Origin: Macrostomum lignano | Taxonomy: Eukaryota | Direction of reading: 5' to 3' | DNA length: 64,000 bases | Assembly (NCBI GenBank): GCA_002269645.1 | Contig: NIVC01001817.1 | Coordinates: 170,167-234,166, forward strand | Part shown: one piece after another, positions 37,230 through 49,000 of the stretch | Layout of the letters: the number at the start of each line of letters is the position of its first letter | Numbering within the stretch: position 1 is the stretch's first letter | The notes under the pieces: generated by a model | The model's input: only the letters and a program-made list of their open reading frames with translations | The model's database searches: none | What the model was told of the DNA's origin: nothing | Translations under genes and position numbers: made by a program

Positions 37230-38508
37230 ACTGTGACATTTCAAGTGTTTGATAGTAACCGTTTTTTGTTGATACTGATTGATTCTTCAACATAGTTCAA
37301 ATCATACTTCATAATCCATATACTAAAAATGTTTGACGTTCTACAGTCACCAATGGTAATCTCTTAGGAACGAAGACTAGCAATCTAGTGCCCCATTCGG
37401 GGCGCGCAATGAGCAAGGAGCAAAAATCTATACCTATAAAATCTAAACTTTATTCATAAGAAAACAATTATAAAAGCACATTTTCTTGAGAACCAATTCC
37501 TAGATAGTTTTATAAATAAACTTGCTCGAGTAAAACTGTCACGGGCAAAGATGTTTGCTAGGAATCTCTTTTTTCTAAAATTAACACAAAACGCAACAGA
37601 ATATAGCATTCACATAGATAACAGACATAATAAAGAGAAAACATCCTCAAGACAGCAAGCATCCCCCCAGATAGCAAGCATCCTTAGAGTAATCTCTTAG
37701 GAAAAAAGATGTTTTAAAGCAAAAATCGTACCCCGTGAGCTTTGGCATCAAAGCATCTGAGCAGCCCCTATGAGCCTTGACAATGTAATTTATGCACAAA
37801 AACTCGTCTATTTAGCGATAAATAAATTCTATACAATAATTACTTTTGTTTATAAGTGCCACCATTTCATTTTAAGCTATTATAAGTAGGTACTAATGCG
37901 TTTTTTAACTCATCTGACACATAGCTTACATGTACTCAAACATGCGTAATCTTATTGTAGATAATAATAAAATTTATAATTAATCCTGTTTTATGATTTT
38001 TCATATTGCTGGTTTATTTCTCCTACGATTTGAATTTTTTTTCACATGTGTTTTTGCTTTAAAAGTTAATGGATAGCAATACAAGTAGTATATACCCTGT
38101 TTTGTTCTATTTTTTGGTATTTCAACAGCCACTCGATGATCTGTTATTGTGTAATATATTTTATTTTACAAGCATGTTACTAGTAGATCCTAATTGAAAA
38201 ATATTGTTGTATTTGCTTCTCATCTAATAAATAGTTGTAATTTCATTTGTGCTTAATAAATTTTTCTATTATTGTTGTTTCATCCATGTTGTCTTGAATG
38301 GATTCAATTTGATTCGATGGTAGTTTATGTAGGAATGTCTTGCTATTTAAAAAAATGATCTAGTGTTTATAGTTCTGAAAGGTACTCAAAAGGTCAAACC
38401 ACTTAATTGGTTCTGTGTGTACGGGAGACAAAACTTTAAAGGAATCACAGACTATTTTGAGAAAACTTAGATAAGTTCGTATCTATAGAAGTGTAATATA
38501 GTATAATG

Positions 38509-38784
38509 ATGGACAGATGTGCAACCGACAGCTCAGCCGCAGCTATTGCGCGGCGCATCTGAAGGCTGCGTATGGCTGTTCAGTCCAAGGACTGGGGGGG
38601 AGGTCGCCACACACACCCTCAATTACCCCAGCTAATGCTGGCACCCATTTTACAGCTGGGTGAAGTGAAGCAATGCAGAGTTAAGTGTCTTGCTCATGGA
38701 CACAACTTGTTGCAGTGGGATCGGGAATCGAACCCCGACGTTATAGTCGTGAGTCCGAAGCTCTAACGACTAGGCTACAACCCC
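38509..38784 (-). mobile_element. CORE-type SINE, full-length copy with a decayed target duplication
   Basis: Reverse-complement homolog of 26650-26925; tagaagtgtaa lies at 38486 and 38789 on either side. Confidence 0.85.
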
Positions 38785-39043
38785 CTCTTAGAAGTGTAAA
38801 ACTAGTGTAAAAGAGTTATTACGAGTATTCTTTAATTTAATATATCTTGACACTCGATAAATCGTATTAATCTACTGTGTTTAAGTAATCTGTTTCGATT
38901 TTGGAAATTATTTCTTTTTCGAATCCATTTAATTAATTACAAAGCTTATCGGATTCAGGGATTATCGCTACGGGATTTACGGCGGATAATTTGTAAAATT
39001 GAATTTGTTTGCATAAATTTGATGAAAAGTGGCACAAGGAATT

Positions 39044-39226
39044 TACATAGTGGCTCTCGAGCCACGCGTCACGACCTCTGGTTGGGTTCAATTCCGTGAG
39101 CCTCCACAATCATTGAGGGCTTGTGTGTACCCGAAAAATCAAGAGAGCCAGAAAGTGTACATGTCTGACGATTAGACAGGCAGGGCCGCTGTACACCCTC
39201 TGTGAGTGTACAACCCTAACCCTAAC
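39044..39226 (+). mobile_element. Possible second SINE type: degenerate Pol III A/B boxes + LINE-like 3' stem-loop tail, followed by (CCCTAA)2
   Basis: catagtgg ... gggttcaattcc (39084-39095), then gtgtacatgtctgacgattagacaggcagggccgctgtacaccctctgtgag, which matches the tail family at 51075-51455 and 53345-53460. Confidence 0.45.
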
Positions 39227-40529
39227 CGTGCGTACAGTATTGGGCGCTTGTATGTGCAAAGGAGTCAGCGGAATGTTGATTAGCGATAAATCCAGCAGAT
39301 ATTTCTCCAGAAAGTTCAAAATCGATTCACCTAATCTGTTTTTATTATATAGGATTCTTATTAACAAATTTAAGCTAAAATTTTTAGTATAATGGATGTA
39401 CAACTAGTTAGAACGAACGTTTTGCAATATCGACCCTTATGTAGCCATAAAGACTATCATAATACGGATGCTGAACGTCGTGCATGCAGCAAAAACTGCT
39501 CGAAGGATGAACTTCCGGTTTTCTGTCGACTTGGCTCGCCGAATCAACAAGTGTGTGTTTGCCCATGCAGACAGCAGTATGGCGTTCTGTCAGCCTGTTA
39601 CATAGCCACGAGCTCTGAATAATAAGTGAAATTGATCGCTCCCTTCCGTTGTGTCCCCACAGTTTTTTTTTCTGTTTTAGTTCTACTCCCAGCTGAGCTA
39701 AGCTTGAGCTGCTGGTGAGTGTGTGTCTCTGTGTTTTACAGATGCCTGCATGACCCGCGATACTGCAACTGAGTCCGTCACTAACTGAACAGTTGATAGT
39801 ATAGGGTATGCTAGCTATAGCGATGTTGGAGGTTGGAGACAGTTGTAACTATTTTAATTTGTCAAAGGAGTTCCCGGCTTATCAGCGGCGGGGGGGACAA
39901 CACGTGCAGTGCGACGCCATTAGAATTTTCAATGAGCGAAGCGACTGCTCGGGAATTCTCCGACGAGTTTGTTTCTCTGACAAGAATTCCTTTGAGACTT
40001 CTATTTCAGCCCTAGTGACGCCTTTGTAAAGCCATGTGCAAAGCTTTGCTTGCATACACTTATGCTGCTGTAAGTCCTGCATCCAATTTGCGATCCAATG
40101 AACGATCTATACAGAAGCATGAGAGCTCTTCAGCTTCTCATATATAGTTCTGAATGCAAATTGTGCTCCTGTCAGTGGCAAAAAAATGAAAATCTGATTG
40201 TAAGATGCCACGAATAAATCTTAATGGATTGCTTTTGCCTGTTGCCGATCGCTATATTAGTTTAGCGAACATATAAACATGTTGCAACGGGAATAGTTCC
40301 ACAATTTACAGTATATGTCGTATTACACCGTTAGATCAACAGGCGTCTTTTTTGACAGTATACTCGTACAATTGAGATTGTATTTTATTACTCGAGTAGA
40401 AGGATGGGAAACTACATACGTACGTTTCTTGGAAAATTTTAGAAGTCAGTTTTTATCGAAATTACACTAGAGAGAATAGAGTTTTCATTGTTTCAGCAAA
40501 AAATTGTAATTGATTTTGATAGCGACAAT

Positions 40530-41684
40530 ATAATAATAATAATAATTGATTACACCTGCCCCAATGGACAGATGTGCAACCGACGGGGGCCCATCACAAG
40601 CTCGAAAAATCACATCGTCGAAAAGCATCCACCATCACAAGCTCGAAAAGTCATAAGCTCGAAAAATCATATCGTCGAAAAGTTTAGCAACCACCATCAC
40701 AAGCTCGAAAAATCACATCGTCGAAAACTGATTTAGCAGCCACCATCACAAGCTCGAAAACTCACAAGCTCGAAAAATCATATCGTCGAAAAGTTTAGCA
40801 GCCACCATCACAAGCTCGAAAAATCACATCGTCGAAAACTGATTTAGCAGCCACCATCACAAGCTCGAAAAGTCATAAGCTCGAAAAATCATATCGTCGA
40901 AAAGTTTAGCAACCACCATCACAAGCTCGAAAAGTCATAAGCTCGAAAAATCATATCGTCGAAAAGTTTAGCAACCACCATCACAAGCTCGAAAAGTCAT
41001 AAGCTCGAAAAATCATTTTTTTCGAAAAATCGAAAAGTCTAGCAACCACCATCATAAGCTCGAAAAGTCACATCGTCGAAAAGGTTAGCAACCACCATCA
41101 CAAGCTTAAATAGGGTTAGGGTTAGAGCTTGTGCCTTAGGGTTAGGGCTTAGGGTTAGGGTCGGGGTTAGAACTAGTGCCTTTAAGTTAGGGTTTAGGGT
41201 TAGGTTAGGGTTGGGGTTAGGGTTATGGTTCAGGGTTAGGCTAGGGTACTGGTGCCTTAGGGTTAGGGTTAGTGCCTTGGGGTTAGGGTTAGGGTTAGAG
41301 CTTGTGCCTTTTCGAGCTTGTGATGGTGGTTGCTAAACTTTTCGACGATGTGATTTTTCGAGCTTGTGACTTTTCGAGCTTGTGATGGAGCCCTGTTTCG
41401 ACGATGTGATTTTTCGAGCTTGTGATGGCGACCCCAACCGACAGCTCAGCCGCAGCTATTGCGCGGCGCATCTGAAGGCTGCGTTCGGCTGTTCAGTCCA
41501 AGGACTTGAGGGGTCGCCACACACACCCTCAATTATACTGGTGCCCATTTTACAGCTGGGTGAACTGAAGCAATGCAGAGTTGAGTCTTGCTCAAGGACA
41601 CAAATCGTTCCGAGTGGGTCAAGAATCGAACCCCCGACCTTTCAGTCGTGAGTCCGACACTCTGACCACTAGGCTACAACCCCC
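40530..41684 (-). mobile_element. CORE-type SINE split by a foldback insertion (SINE parts 40530-40584 and 41436-41684)
   Basis: The 3' end with a (TTA)n tail is at 40530-40584; the SINE resumes at aaccgacagctcagccgc (41436) and runs through CORE, B box and A box to 41684. Confidence 0.85.
40585..41435. mobile_element. Non-autonomous foldback DNA transposon with ~40-bp TIRs, subterminal repeats, an internal TTAGGG-like tract and a 7-8-bp TSD
   Basis: Left gggggcccatcacaagctcgaaaaatcacatcgtcgaaa; right end reverse complement ggggtcgccatcacaagctcgaaaaatcacatcgtcgaaa. (c)aaccgac is duplicated on both sides. Degenerate (TTAGGG)n at ~41111-41300. Confidence 0.88.
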
Positions 41685-44224
41685 TGGGTCTGATTGGGTC
41701 TGATAGCGAGCAGACCCAATATTCATGTTTTTATATGGCTTGTCTTTCTTGTGAAGAATCGGTTTTGTTACAGAATAAAAAAAATGACAAAAGATATAAA
41801 ACGAATGAATTAATTAACTTGTGCTATCTTTTTATCTGTGCTATGATTTTAGGCACAGGAAATGTACGAGTACGTAGAAGATGATATTTACATTATAGAA
41901 TCTTAACTTTCTAAACAAAAAGTTAATTTACGAATATCAATATGGAACTATAAGAAAGCCAATTCATATCAAAATATGAACATTATGGGTCTGCCTGCTA
42001 TCAAAAGCAATTTCAACTTTTTTGTGCTGGAATCGGCCTGCGCGTCTCTCGGTCGAACAGCTCGCCATCAACCACGAGGCCAATTTTTTTGGTTTGATTG
42101 CGCAACTTATAGTTATTTTTTCGTCGCTTTGTATAACACATCAGTCGGGAGTACGAGATTTTCCCGCAGGGCAAAGCTCGCTGTGTGACAATCTCATAGA
42201 CCCCATCAACCATTATCCGATTTAATGGCTCATCATTTGATAATAGCTCTTTTTCTGACCGCATCCTTTTCAAGTTGCGAGTGCATATCCGTCGCCTCTC
42301 GCGCTAGCACCCAATCGTATAGTGGCGCTCTTGGCTTAATCTGCCCCTCCCCCACCGAAATGGGGTATGCAGATGCAACCCACCCCGCTGACTAAAAGGG
42401 TCGATTCACGTTGTCTGTCATCCATCAGTCTGCCATCAGTCATTGTTTGTTTGTCCTACCTTATTTTGAGCAAGTACCTTTCCCTTTCAAGGTACTTTCT
42501 CCTTTTTAATTTGTAATGTCTGTGATATAGATTTGATATAGGGGGAAGCGATTGGAGGTCCATACGACGTACCTAGGAAGAGCCCACACAGGGCTCATGG
42601 TGCCTTCTCATTGGCTGGAAGAGCAGCATGCCACTACGCCCCCAATCCCCATAGCAGCTCCACTCACCCAAGGTACTATGCACTGAGTCGGGATGGGGGG
42701 GATTTTCGTTGTTCTTGTTTCCAACCAGCCCCCCCCCCCCGCCGTCCCTGCGCCACCCCACCATCCGTGCTCATACTCCTCAATCGCGCTCAATGGGAGA
42801 CGGGGAGACTTGGGTGGCAACGGCACCACCCCCAACACTCTCCCACTCCACGGGCCATAAATAGCCTTGACAGGACTTGCTGGGGTCTGTTGATGGCGCT
42901 CGTTTGCAATACGGCCTGTGTCATACGGTGAGCGCCTGCGCTCCCAGACTCCTCTGTTCTTTAACTGAGCTAGACAGTTTCAAAATACGTCAACAGTTGA
43001 TAGAGGAACCAACCAAGGAACCGTTGAGGTGAGACAATTACTTAACCGTGTGTTACTAAATTTTTTCATTATTTAAGAATCAGCATGCAGCTTCTCGACT
43101 TTTCTCTTCCCCTGTCCGCCTCGCAGAGTTGCCGATGCTTGTCAATCAATTCTGAAATTGCTGTTCCGCCCGCTAATTAGGGAAACCGGGGTAGTTAGCG
43201 GCTGGTAGGTAGGCGACTCCTGAGTGGGACCGTTTTTTGCTGCAGTTCAACGGATTCATAATCGCCTGCCGAAAAAATTGTTGTCCTCAAATATGATGAG
43301 GTGTGCTTGAGTTGAAACGAACACATTACGAAGCACAACAAAAAAGATTCTAATTAGAAATTTGCTGGATTGTTTCGATCTGATTGTATAGGCAGGAGGA
43401 GGCTTAACGGGATTTGGAAGCACCTGCAGACAGAATCCACTGACCCATAGGAATCCATGGTAAAATTATTGTAGACATATCTTTATATTGTAAGGTTGAG
43501 TCCTTCGAGCTCTTCTTATCTAGAAAAGAATTTCCAGAAACGATCCAATACCGAAGTGAATTACTAAATAATTCAAACTGTTCTAATGAACATATTTGCT
43601 TACAGCTCTTTCTGTTTGTCTTCTGTCTGTTTTAAAAGCTTTTTAGTGTCAATTTTCTGGTAACCCATGCAGCCCGCGGGGTTGAACATCAACAGCATTA
43701 TTGTTAGTACATTTGGATTAGACTATGGCATCTAGCAGAATGCTCAGCAAGGGGTATGTGCTGCTTAAGCTCCTCAGGGGGCTTACAGAGAATATTATAT
43801 CAGCTTGGAAGTTCTAATAGCTTACAGGACTGTCTGCTTCTGATAGAGGCTGTTTTGTCGGGCCGAGGTGGAAGGACATGGTGAGGCTGGAGTGGGTTGG
43901 ATGCTTAGGATTGGGGTTTTTTGGTTGAGTAAATAGTGCTGGCACCAGCTATCCTCAGTTTCAGGCGTGCCACTGTAACTGCCTGCTGATATTGTCAGCG
44001 CTTTGCAAAAGCGACGAAAATGATGTGGAGGCAGTGAGGAGACTGAGAGGGAAATAGAATAGTTAGACACCAGTTGCACTCAACCATGCAGCCTGTCATT
44101 ACTAATTGGATATTAGTTAAGAAAATTAGTTTTGTTTATTATTGAAAATATTAATATTGCCTTTGTAAGTTTAAGCTTCTCTTTTAGACCGCTACAGGTA
44201 TTAAAATGTAAATGGTTCTGTCAG

Positions 44225-45792
44225 TAGATAGATAGAGTTGCCGGTGAATAGATAAAGTTGCCGGTGGATAGATAAAGCTGCCAGTGGAAAGATAGAGCTG
44301 TCGGTAGATAGATAGAGCTGCCGGTGGATAGATAGAGCTGCCGGTGGATAAATAGAGCTGTCAGTGGATAGATGGAGCTGTCAGTGGATAGATAGAGCTG
44401 TCAGTGGATAGATAGAGCTGCCAGTGGATAGATAGAGCTGCCGGTGGATAGATAGAGCTGCCGGTGGATAGATAGAGCTGCCGGTGGATAAATAGAGCTG
44501 TCAGTGGATAGATGGAGCTGTCAGTGGATAGATAGAGCTGTCAGTGGATAGATAGAGCTGCCAGTGGATAGATAGAGCTGCCAGTGGATAGATAGAGCTG
44601 ACGGTGGATAGATAGAGCTGCCAGTGGATAGATAGAGCTGCCAGTGGATAGATAGAGCTGCCAGTGGATAGATACAGCTGCCAGTGGATAGATAGAGCTG
44701 CCAGTGGATAGATAGAGCTGCCAGTGGATAGATAGAGCTGCCAGTGGATAGATAGAGCTGCCAGTGGATAGATAGAGCTGCCAGTGGATAGATAGAGCTG
44801 CCAGTGGATAGATAGAGCTGCCAGTGGATAGATAGAGCTGCCAGTGGATAGATAGAGCTGCCAGTGGATAGATAGAGCTGCCAGTGGATAGATAGAGCTG
44901 CCAGTGGATAGATAGAGCTGCCAGTGGATAGATAGAGCTGCCGGTGGATAGATAGAGCTGCCGGTAGATAGATAGAGTTTCCAGTGGATAGATAGAGCTG
45001 CCAGTGGATAGATAGAGCTGCCAGTGGATAGATAGAGCTGCCAGTGGATAGATAGAGCTGCCAGTGGATAGATAGAGCTGACGGTGGATAGATAGAGCTG
45101 CCAGTGGATAGATAGAGCTGCCAGTGGATAGATAGAGCTGCCAGTGGATAGATAGAGCTGCCAGTGGATAGATACAGCTGCCAGTGGATAGATAGAGCTG
45201 CCAGTGGATAGATAGAGCTGCCAGTGGATAGATAGAGCTGCCAGTGGATAGATAGAGCTGCCAGTGGATAGATAGAGCTGCCAGTGGATAGATAGAGCTG
45301 CCAGTGGATAGATAGAGCTGCCAGTGGATAGATAGAGCTGCCGGTGGATAGATAGAGCTGCCGGTAGATAGATAGAGCTTCCAGTGGATAGATAGAGCTG
45401 CCAGTGGATAGATAGAGCTGCCAGTGGATAGATAGAGCTGCCAGTGGATAGATAGAGCTGCCAGTGGATAGATAGAGCTGACGGTGGATAGATAGAGCTG
45501 CCAGTGGATAGATAGAGCTGCCAGTGGATAGATAGAGCTGCCAGTGGATAGATAGAGCTGCCAGTGGATAGATACAGCTGCCAGTGGATAGATAGAGCTG
45601 CCAGTGGATAGATAGAGCTGCCAGTGGATAGATAGAGCTGCCAGTGGATAGATAGAGCTGCCAGTGGATAGATAGAGCTGCCAGTGGATAGATAGAGCTG
45701 CCAGTGGATAGATAGAGCTGCCAGTGGATAGATAGAGCTGCCAGTGGATAGATAGAGCTGCCAGTGGATAGATAGAGCTGCCAGTGGATAGG
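44225..45792. repeat. Highly homogeneous 20-bp satellite (ccagtggatagatagagctg), ~78 units, ending ~300 bp upstream of the otoferlin ATG
   Basis: Exact 20-bp period; it accounts for the 464-aa minus-strand ORF. Confidence 0.97.
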
Positions 45793-46091
45793 TGGAGTCA
45801 AGTCGCCTTTCGTTGTCCCATCCTCTGAATTTAAATTAATTGTCTCGGCAAGTCGCATTTCTAATTTCAATTCTGCTGCACCTCTTCCGTACTGTTTACG
45901 TTTATTGTACATCACCTGCGCACTTTGGAATTATTTTTAGCAACCCCAGACATAAGCGCGGCTCTTCCCAACAACGAAACGTTCGCATCGTTCCCTCGGC
46001 TCAAAGTGGCAGATTTTACTAATACAAGATTTCACTTTCACTTGAGTAGTTGCCATTTCTCCTCCGCTTCATTTCAGGGTGAAACGGCTGA

Positions 46092-49000
46092 ATGGCTCTT
46101 ATACTCAACGTGAGACTGCTTGAGGGCCTCGATGGCAAAGGCGAGAGGCTGTTGAAGGCAACATTTCGCGGTGAGTTTTGGTGCGACTCCTGCACTTTCA
46201 TACTCCCTTCCACTCAGGTGGAGGGATGTCAATAGCTCCCTCAAAGCCTCTCTTTCTCGTTGAACTCTTAAAAACACTAAGAGACGTCCGCGTCACCGCT
46301 TAATTGGAATTGAGAAACGAATGTGCTGCCATCAGAATGAGCATGCAGTAGCACTCGACTGGAAACTGCCAATCCAATCCTGTTTGAGATGGGCTCAGTT
46401 TTCCTGCTTCCCATTTCTCAGGCTAGATTTAGGATTCTAATAAAAAACTAGAACTGTTTAGGAGCTTTACTCTGGACTCTTCACATCCGCTCAAGCCCCA
46501 TGGCTCCCGATTAGGCCTCATGACACACTGTTAGGACCCCCTGAAAACTGACTAGGTCACCCTGACAACTGACTAGGTCACCCTGACAACTGACTAGGTC
46601 ACCCTGACAACTGACTAGGTCACCCTGACAACTGATTAGGTCACCCTGACAACTGACTAGGTCACCCTGACAACTGACTAGGTCACCCTGACAACTGACT
46701 AGGTCACCCTGACAACTGACTAGGTCACCCTGACAACTGACTAGGTCACCCTGACAACTGACTAGGTCACCCTGACAACTGACTAGGTCACCCTGACAAC
46801 TAATTAGGTCACTCTGGCAACTAATTAGGTCACCCTGACAACTGACTAGGTCACCCTGACAACTGACTAGGTCACCCTGACAACTGATTAGGTCACTCTG
46901 AAAACTGATTAGGTCACCCTGACAACTGACTAGGTCACCCTGACAACTGACTAGGTCACCCTGACAACTGACTAGGTCACCCTGACAACTGACTAGGTCA
47001 CCCTGACAACTGATTAGGTCACCCTGACAACTGACTAGGTCACCCTGACAACTGACTAGGTCACCCTGACAACTGACTAGGTCACCCTGACAACTGACTA
47101 GGTCACCCTGACAACTGACTAGGTCACCCTGACAACTGACTAGGTCACCCTGACAACTGACTAGGTCACCCTGACAACTAATTAGGTCACTCTGGCAACT
47201 AATTAGGTCACCCTGACAACTGACTAGGTCACCCTGACAACTGACTAGGTCACCCTGACAACTGATTAGGTCACTCTGACAACTGATTAGGTCACCCTGA
47301 CAACTGATTAGGTCACCCTGACAACTGACTAGGTCACCCTGACAACTGACTAGGTCACCCTGACAACTAATTAGGTCACTCTGGCAACTAATTAGGTCAC
47401 TCTGGCAACTGATTAGGTCACTCTGGCAACTAATTAGGTCACTCTGGCAACTGATTAGGTCACTCTGGCAACTGATTAGGTCACTCTGACAACTGAATAG
47501 GTCACTCTGACAACTGATTTAACTAGGTCACTTTGACAAAGGTGGTTCCTACAGGGCGCAGGATGTAAATCAACCAAGAGCTCCATCAGCTTCTGACCTT
47601 GGGCTCTAGAGGTTAATTAGAGTTTAGCAAAGGCTGACTAATTTACTCCAATGAAGCACTGCCAGTGAGCCGCAAATCTAGAACCAGAAAGTCCAGGAAC
47701 AACATATTAAGTACAAACTAAAGTAGTGCCTGTTTGTTCTCCTCCTTGCACTCTGCCCACATCTACCCAGATCCGTCGATCCGCATACGGAATGCATTTA
47801 TTGCCCTCTCAGAGTTCTGAGTCCCCCTACCCGCATAGGCCGAGAAGCATCTCGGGCACAGTTTCCCACTACTAAATCCTGGATCTGCGAGTAAATAATG
47901 CAGAGTTTGAGCCCACGCTAAGCAATCGCCCGCTTCGTTGAGATTTAACGCGCTAGCAAATCCAGTCGGATTGAGCAGCGGGCGAGGGACTCAAGCTGCG
48001 AGTAGATTCTTTAGAAGAAAGTGATATCCAAATTTGGTCTATGAGCTAGAAATAAATAGCGGGTAATGTTTCTTGAGAAAAAAGCAGATGAAAGAAAATA
48101 CTGTGTTCCGATTCCACTGCTGGCACAGTTCTGAAAGAGAAAATCTTTGTTAAGCTAGAGAATAATGCAGTCTAATAAGATGATTTTTTTCTAAAATTTT
48201 ATTTAGTATACAGCTCTATAGTCTGCAGCCACTCTACTAGACTTTTTCTATAAGTCCCTCTTCAAAGAGTCGTTTCCTTGACATTCAGTACTCTTTTTGT
48301 GTGTGTGCCATCGAAACCTACGCCCCATCGTCCCAATATTCAAATATCAAGTGCGCCCAGTCACGGAAGCAAACTCTAATAAGATGAAAGATATTTAGGG
48401 ACAGGCATACATCATCTCTTTGGCGCATTCGATGTTTGAGATAATCTGTCAGAAATGCGCGCATCTAGTCGTGAGCTGTGCGCGTCATGTTAGTCTTCTC
48501 CATGACACTGTTTGCTTTCTGGGGGACAGTGTCTCTTGGGAGTTGGTCAAAAAGATGCGAGGGTAGAGGCCTAGCTAGTAATAGGGAGATAGAGGAGTCT
48601 GATGAGGCCGGGTCTGTTGGGAAGGGAGATTCTGCCTGGCTAATGGGGATGCACAGCGGCTGAGTTGTGCTGGCTGCGGGAGATCAGAGGGGTTGAGGCG
48701 CTGCCAACGCAGCAGCAAACTCCCAGTCGCGTTTCTAGCCAGAGTGAAGACGAGAGGAAGAGGGGCACTTGGAAGGAGAGAGAGGCTGGAGGGTAGAGGC
48801 CAAGGGTGCAAAGAGAAGAACTTAATGGAAGCTTAATGAATGGATGCAGTTTAAGAGTTATAATAGGCTAGCAGCAAACAGGTGTAACGTTAAGGGGCAT
48901 CGAAATGTGGGGCAGGCAGGAAGTTCCCTTGCTCTCTCTCCGTACGAAAGAGATTTAAGGTCATGTTTCCTTACTCTTATGAGCACCAATAGGGAATCAA

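Noticed and set aside
39390-40085. Short ORFs and a 27-nt gtgagt...ttttacag pseudo-intron
   Set aside because: No coherent reading frame or recognisable protein could be assembled.
41111-41300. True telomere or chromosome fusion site
   Set aside because: Degenerate, single orientation and enclosed by the TIRs/TSD of a transposon.
42560-42930. GC-rich island as a gene or HDV-like ribozyme
   Set aside because: No supportable ORF or nested double-pseudoknot could be drawn by eye; probably a TE fragment.
44521-45915. 464-aa minus-strand ORF
   Set aside because: Translation of the stop-free 20-bp satellite.
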